Source: Pocillopora damicornis (taxonomy: Eukaryota). From it: 64,000 nt of DNA. A model generated the notes under the pieces. The model was given only the letters and a program-made list of their open reading frames with translations, had not been told where the DNA came from and did no database searches. The first letter of the stretch is position 1. Each line of letters begins with the position of its first letter. The position numbers were made by a program, and so were the translations under genes. The stretch is from the NCBI RefSeq assembly GCF_003704095.1, contig NW_020846942.1, positions 1,240,001 through 1,304,000 of the forward strand, read 5' to 3'. Below are positions 60,501 to 64,000 of the stretch, in pieces.

Positions 60501-63500
60501 TTTTATTATGACGCAAGCCAAAACCTTGGAATATTAGAGATGGCTTAACGCATGCAATAGGAAACTTATTAAACAAGAAAGCTTATACAAGAACAGGGAA
60601 ACTTTGAACATAATTTAGAAATGCTCTAAAAACGTTGACATTTGACCGCGTTTTTTCTCGTCTCAAGCTCAGGTTTTTTTTTAAACTTTGTTTTCGTTTC
60701 CTTATCTCGCATACGTACGTGATATTTTCTCTTTTTTTACTAAAGGTATTTCAAGGCTTACTCCGCGCTAACAAAGACTTCCATGACACTAAGACAGCAA
60801 TGTCCAGACTCTGGGTTCATGAGTGCTTCAGGTGAAAAAATTTTTGGTTCTGATAATCATAAAATGATTGAGAAAGGGGTGACTTGTGCAAGTTTTTACG
60901 TGCTTTCACTCATGAAGATCTGGGTCAGTTAAAACACTTCATTACATAGTTCATGGTACTTTGCCACTTTGGTCAGTCGTTTTGCGTCAACTTTACAAGT
61001 TTCGAGTAGACAGAATTAAAAATATTTTGTGTTATTTATAACATTTCAAGACGTGTGTCGCAAAATGTTCAAAATACATTGTCTAAGATGTTTTTAGTTT
61101 GAGAGGAGGACTGTCTTGTTCTCCTTTGTATTCAGTTGATCCACATAGTAAATCAGTGGAGCAAAAACAGCATCCACGATAAACGTGCATTCGGAGTATG
61201 TTTTCGTTATCTTATGTGATTATTATTTTTTTTCAGAGTATTCTCTGATCGTCTTATTGATGCAGGGGACCACGAAGCCTTTGTGGCACTTTTAAGTGAT
61301 AAGCTTGGAACGATGTTCGACCTGACTTTCCACAACCTTTGCCCTAACAAACAACCGCCAATTTTCGGTAAGTCACTTTCCTGAACGAGAGGATTTTTGA
61401 CAGAATTCTTTACGACCATAGGAACATCACACTCTGTTGTCGAAACACAAAAAGTATTTGTTGTAAGACAATTTTTAGTTGAAATCGAAAGGCGTCAAAG
61501 GTTTCATTGTTTTTGTTTCTTGTGATAAATCCACAAAACTAGCACCATAATGTAAATTGAGAAAACCCTGCGAATATTTTTTTAGAATAGTTTTCATTNN
61601 NNNNNNNNNNNNNNNNNNNNNNNNNNNNNNNNNNNNNNNNNNNNNNNNNNNNNNNNNNNNNNNNNNNNNNNNNNNNNNNNNNNNNNNNNNNNNNNNNNGT
61701 CTGACGAAATACCGGGGGCTTGCTATGAACTAAAATCCCATTCTGGAGGAGTAGCGATACTTTTCGCGTGACGAAATGCCGGGGAGCATGCTATGGACAT
61801 AATTGAAATACAAGGGGATTAGCAAGACTCTAAGCCTGACGAAATACCGGGGAAGGGGNNNNNNNNNNCACGGGGAGTAGCGAAACTCTTAGTCGTTTCT
61901 TGTACAGAAACCTGTATGGGCCCCGGGATCTACGCAAGTCAATATTAAATGCCGACTTTACTCACGAATCAGTGTGCACAACTTCACTGATCGATTTGAG
62001 AAACATACTCATTTCTTTCGGCACAGTGACCCGCATAATCCGTGTTATTGCCCAGCCTCGTGGCAACATGCTGCTGATTGGAATTGGAGGCAGCGGGCGG
62101 CAGAGTCTCAGTCGTCTGTCGGCCTACATCATCGGCTTCAAGGTGTTCCAGATAGAGGTCACTAAGCACTACAGGAAGATCGAGTTCAGGGAGGGTGAGT
62201 AACATTGCAGTGATAGCGGAATTCTGAATGTAGTTTCTAAAGGAATCTTCGATTGCTTTGGTCTTGGCATTGTGATTAATTTTGGATCTCTTGCTGGCCA
62301 GCCACACATCCAACTAGGAGCAAACGTAAAACCAGAAATGGTCTATCCCTCGCTCATTCCCAGTTGTAGATTTGTTCGATAAATTGAGTTAGTTCCCTTT
62401 GTTCAAATCGGCCGTTGCTTCGGTTTGGGTTTTATGAGACTTCATAGAGAACTGCTCTAACTAGATGTCTTGATACCTCAGATTTAAAGCGCTTGTATTA
62501 CCTCACTGGTGTGGACAACAAACCTACAGTATTCTTGTTCAACGACACCCAAGCGCTGGAAGAATCTTTCCTTGAAGACATCAGTAACATCCTCAGCAGC
62601 GGAGAAGTACCAAATCTGTACAAACCTGAGGAGTTTGAGGAGGTAAGCCTGACTCGTGTTCATTTGTTTTCACGTCAATGGAAGACCCATTTGTGTTTCA
62701 TATGAATGGCTTGTTTGATCGCTTTTTGATTTGATTTGTGGTCCTTAAGCTGTTTTATAATGAGCTACAGTTATGACACATTAGAAGCTTGATTGCGGTC
62801 AGTTGTGGAGCGACTGTAGACGGAACATAGCGGTCAAACCTCTGCGCATTTGCGAACGTTGTAATTGCAAGGTAACGCGCTTTCAGGCTGTAAGAACCAA
62901 GTTATTTCCCCCAAGTAACAAACATTCGGACATGCCAGTAAGTCACGAAGAAGAAGAAGAGTGTAAAATTGTTGGTAAAGTTCAAAACTGGTAAATCAAC
63001 AGGATATCAGTTAGTGAATAAGCTTTATGTTCGAAAAGTCTGGAGTTTTTCTTCCCTTTTCGTTTATTTCCTTTTACAGCTCTTTATAAATGCTTCAATT
63101 TTCTTCTTTTATTTTTTCTGTTGTGTTTGTGTAAAGTATTATGTTGGGATTCCCTATGCTAAGATTATTGTTTTCGTTTTCCGGCTTCTTTGTCGTCGTG
63201 GAAGTCCGGTATGTTCGTCAGAGGCAAACAGAGCCGCTGATACCCTCATGTCCTTGACAGTATGCACTTACGGCTCATTTAGAGATAACATTCAAGGTTA
63301 AGAAGACAGAAACAGAACGCTTTAAATATTGATAACAATAGCAACGTCAAATTCTAGAACCTATCAACAAAAACCTCTCTCTTAAAGTGAAGTTAACCAT
63401 AATCCCTGATTTAAACTGCACCACACTAACTAACAGTGACAATGTTATGATGTCTCTACAGGTTCGCACTGCTTTAGCAGAAGATGCTCGTAAAGAAGGC

Positions 63501-63601
63501 ATTCTCGACATGCCAGAGACAATGTTTAATTACTTTATTGAGAGAGTCAGGAGTAACCTACACATCATTCTGTGCATGAGTCCAGTGGGTGATATCTTCA
63601 G
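27560..63601 (+). CDS. DNAH2: Dynein axonemal heavy chain 2 (inner-arm I1/f beta type), 5' partial; continues beyond the window
   Basis: 60 visible exons with consistent phases: 27560-27790, 28118-28463, 28583-28747, 29788-30026, 30609-30800, 31550-31687, 32519-32626, 32938-33114, 33864-34022, 34605-34787, 35654-35731, 36381-36517, 37364-37510, 37878-38034, 38587-38721, 39095-39199, 39351-39521, 39920-40048, 40244-40359, 41295-41390, 41899-42099, 42418-42574, 43414-43620, 44152-44445, 44840-44993, 45771-45877, 46092-46174, 46472-46565, [gap], 46919-46976, 47112-47272, 47360-47416, 47542-47640, 48273-48398, 48611-48721, 49077-49265, 49599-49702, 49963-50152, 50347-50527, 50756-50883, 51370-51522, 52341-52466, 52585-52685, 53102-53219, 53436-53553, 54372-54508, 55014-55154, 55379-55537, 56099-56248, 56605-56696, 57325-57523, 57893-57950, 58354-58520, 59115-59219, 59885-59980, 60087-60179, 60746-60831, 61237-61367, [gap], 62027-62194, 62482-62642, 63462-63601. 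Motifs: tail [19 protein letters not shown], linker [20 protein letters not shown]1 [19 protein letters not shown] and [13 protein letters not shown]2 [11 protein letters not shown]3 [11 protein letters not shown]4 [18 protein letters not shown] and LTDTRYK..G.TVLY.P are DNAH2-like. Start codon uncertain: ATG 27327 spliced 27355->27529 would also be in frame. Confidence 0.92.
28464..28582 (+). other. U12-type (minor spliceosome) GT-AG intron in DNAH2
   Basis: 5' splice site GTATCCTTTT; branch site TCTTTAAC at 28565-28572, 10 nt before the intron end; no polypyrimidine tract. Splicing restores [16 protein letters not shown]. Confidence 0.88.
28877..29084. mobile_element. TTAA-type MITE (subfamily A)
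   Basis: Body matches 7617 and 18565; degenerate ends TTCACCCCTCAACTCC ... GGTTAC. Confidence 0.7.
29490..29704. mobile_element. TTAA-type MITE (subfamily C), full length
   Basis: TTAACCCTTCACTC ... GAGTGAAAAGGTTAA inverted ends, with TTAA at both sides. Confidence 0.8.
30983..31340. mobile_element. Two SINE-like fragments in inverted orientation in DNAH2 intron 5
   Basis: 30983-31145 (ggagcttatcctggttttcttagcatgaag..ctacttctccctggat..gtccattgcaaggttacccc) aligns by eye with the reverse complement of 31205-31340; related fragments at 61700-61935. Confidence 0.65.
33530..33685 (+). mobile_element. Decayed tRNA-derived SINE-like element
   Basis: tctctgtcactcagaggtagagtg...aaaggtct..gagattgctcatttgagactcagattttttc aligns with the reverse complement of 42925-43130. 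Confidence 0.45.
34167..34377. mobile_element. TTAA-type MITE (subfamily B, reverse), apparently nested in an older G-rich element
   Basis: TTGACCCTTTAATCC ... GAGTGTAAAGGGTTAA; body is the reverse complement of 12620 and 41436. Confidence 0.75.
34880..35153. repeat. AAGATCTT-rich minisatellite with ~30-nt units in both orientations
   Basis: Left units ttcttgccaagatcttcaaggatc; right units aagaaaatgaaagatccttgaagatct. Confidence 0.75.
35758..35863. mobile_element. Tiny fold-back element with perfect 12-bp TIR
   Basis: CTTATTGACTGA ... TCAGTCAATAAG; related ends (TTATTGACC/GGTCAATAA) at 59236-59374. Confidence 0.55.
36138..36320. mobile_element. TTAA-type MITE (subfamily C), one end truncated
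   Basis: Starts TTAACCCTTTAACTCCC; body is the reverse complement of 29490. Confidence 0.7.
36785..37312. mobile_element. CCAAT-family element split by a ~245-bp insertion (36992-37236)
   Basis: The halves ...actttgagttctc..ggtttaaagg and ttttcttttcttctgaatggctgttgtgattactttggtttt are contiguous in the 40371 and 45043 copies. Confidence 0.65.
39600..39871. mobile_element. CCAAT-rich TIR element
   Basis: GAGAGCGCATTTCGATTGAG ... CGACACTCAAATGAAAAGTGTTC inverted ends; multiple CCAATCA. Confidence 0.7.
40371..40596. mobile_element. CCAAT-rich TIR element (opposite orientation)
   Basis: TAGAGCGATTTT ... AAAAGCGCTTTA ends. Confidence 0.7.
41436..41640. mobile_element. TTAA-type MITE (subfamily B)
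   Basis: TTAACCCTTTACTCC ... GGTGTTAAAGGGTTTAA. Confidence 0.78.
42925..43130 (-). mobile_element. tRNA-derived SINE-like element
   Basis: Minus strand: gagtctctgTAGCTCAATGGcaaagcatcgg...ggtctaaGTTTGACTCCtcatgcggactc, i.e. Pol III A- and B-box-like motifs with an A-rich end. Confidence 0.6.
45043..45293. mobile_element. CCAAT-rich TIR element
   Basis: TTTTGAATCGAGTGTCGAAAG ... TTTTCGACACTCAATAGAAAA inverted ends; a second decayed copy at ~45445-45712. Confidence 0.72.
46608..46707. other. Assembly gap (100 N) hiding DNAH2 exon(s)
   Basis: Exactly 100 N; the dynein linker sequence jumps across it. Confidence 0.95.
53836..54161 (+). repeat. ~310-bp dispersed repeat, copy 1
   Basis: Aligns by eye over its length with 60325-60635 (gttgtttgtaactcgtg...aatccacgtgggctttt...ctgacgtcat..gcgcgagcg...acataatttagaaatgc.ctaaaaacgt). 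Confidence 0.8.
55645..55930 (+). mobile_element. LINE (L2/CR1-type) ORF2 3' fragment, decayed
   Basis: [68 protein letters not shown] resembles the post-RT motif of L2-clade LINEs (SRLDYCNSLL..LQRVQNAAAR..HITPVL..LHWLP..RI.FK). Confidence 0.75.
56798..56880 (-). mobile_element. tRNA-derived SINE head
   Basis: Minus strand: ggcttcgTAGCTCAGTTGttagtagcgcccgcctagtatttgggagacgtgGGTTCCAAg; A/B boxes present but the cloverleaf is broken. Confidence 0.55.
57100..57232 (+). mobile_element. tRNA-derived SINE-like element
   Basis: gagtctcccaTAGCTAAGCGattggagc...atcgtaGGTTGGACTCCtattgggagcac; same layout as 42925-43130. Confidence 0.55.
59236..59374. mobile_element. Fold-back MITE-like element
   Basis: TTATTGACC..GGTCAAGATGGCT ... 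AGCCATCTTGACC..GGTCAATAA nested inverted repeats. Confidence 0.6.
60325..60635 (+). repeat. ~310-bp dispersed repeat, copy 2
   Basis: Matches 53836-54161 in the same orientation. Confidence 0.8.
61599..61698. other. Assembly gap (100 N) hiding DNAH2 exon(s); small gap also at 61859-61868
   Basis: N runs; the dynein sequence between PPIFG and TRIIRVI lacks the pre-AAA4 segment. Confidence 0.95.
61700..61935 (+). repeat. Short tandem array of SINE-derived units (~68 nt)
   Basis: tgacgaaat(a/g)ccgggg recurs at 61702, 61769 and 61837; gg.g.agtagc.a.act and acagaaac match the 31205-31340 fragment. Confidence 0.6.
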
Positions 63602-64000
63602 GTAGGCTGGTGTAAATCACGTGGTTTTTTCTGTGTAATTTTGTTGTATTTGATCAGAGCTTAGTAATAATTTGTGCATCTTGAAAAATGAGCTAAGATT
63701 TTGGTTGAAACCCCATTTGATCTTCTCCATCCTCTGGTTTCCTTTTCATTTTTTGTTTTTCTATCCAACTGAACTTGTACATGCATTACGACGAAGCTCC
63801 CTCTATAATGCGTCTTTTCCGGTTGGTACATCTTCTCCACTTTTTGCGCGCTTGCCGCTCACTTTCCGCCCATTTTCTGCACATTATCTGGGTATTATTC
63901 TCCTCTGTTTTTTTTTCTTTCCTCTTTTCATTATTTTACCTCGGAAATGGTCGTCTACTTAATTTTAATTAATTTTTTTTACTTGATTTTTTTGGAGGAA

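Noticed and set aside
151-63972. Most short ORFs in the six-frame track, including antisense shadows of exons and intron read-through extensions such as 1010-1161, 9806-9964 and 48768-49076
   Set aside because: Low-complexity or F/L/I-rich translations with no recognisable motif; the real coding parts are delimited by GT-AG sites and join in frame into the four genes.

Overview
Eukaryotic, AT-rich, intron-dense genomic DNA. The gene content and repeat style suggest a cnidarian, probably a scleractinian coral (inference). Four protein-coding genes were reconstructed exon by exon with GT-AG boundaries and consistent phases. (1) Wnt11-type ligand, + strand, 4 exons, 912-10429, 356 aa. (2) Neurocalcin/hippocalcin-like neuronal calcium sensor, + strand, 2 exons, 15467-19314, 196 aa. 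(3) ARGLU1, - strand, 4 exons, 22838-26839, 270 aa. (4) The 5' part of axonemal dynein heavy chain DNAH2, + strand, 60 visible exons from 27560 to 63601, running off the window, with further exons lost in two 100-N gaps. ARGLU1 and DNAH2 are head-to-head around a short promoter carrying an RFX X-box. Introns and intergenic DNA hold many small non-autonomous elements: TTAA/piggyBac-type MITEs, CCAAT-rich TIR elements, tRNA-derived SINE-like elements and an L2-type LINE fragment. The most notable observations are: a U12-type (minor spliceosome) intron in DNAH2; a second orphan X-box + AAAATGGCGG + splice-donor module on the - strand at about 20.2 kb that no gene explains; ARGLU1-DNAH2 adjacency that mirrors the human EFNB2-ARGLU1 and EFNB3-DNAH2 pairs; a CpG-depleted domain over ARGLU1 and only the 5' part of DNAH2; and an inverted SINE pair in a DNAH2 intron. 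No CRISPR, prokaryotic or clearly novel multi-gene system is supported.
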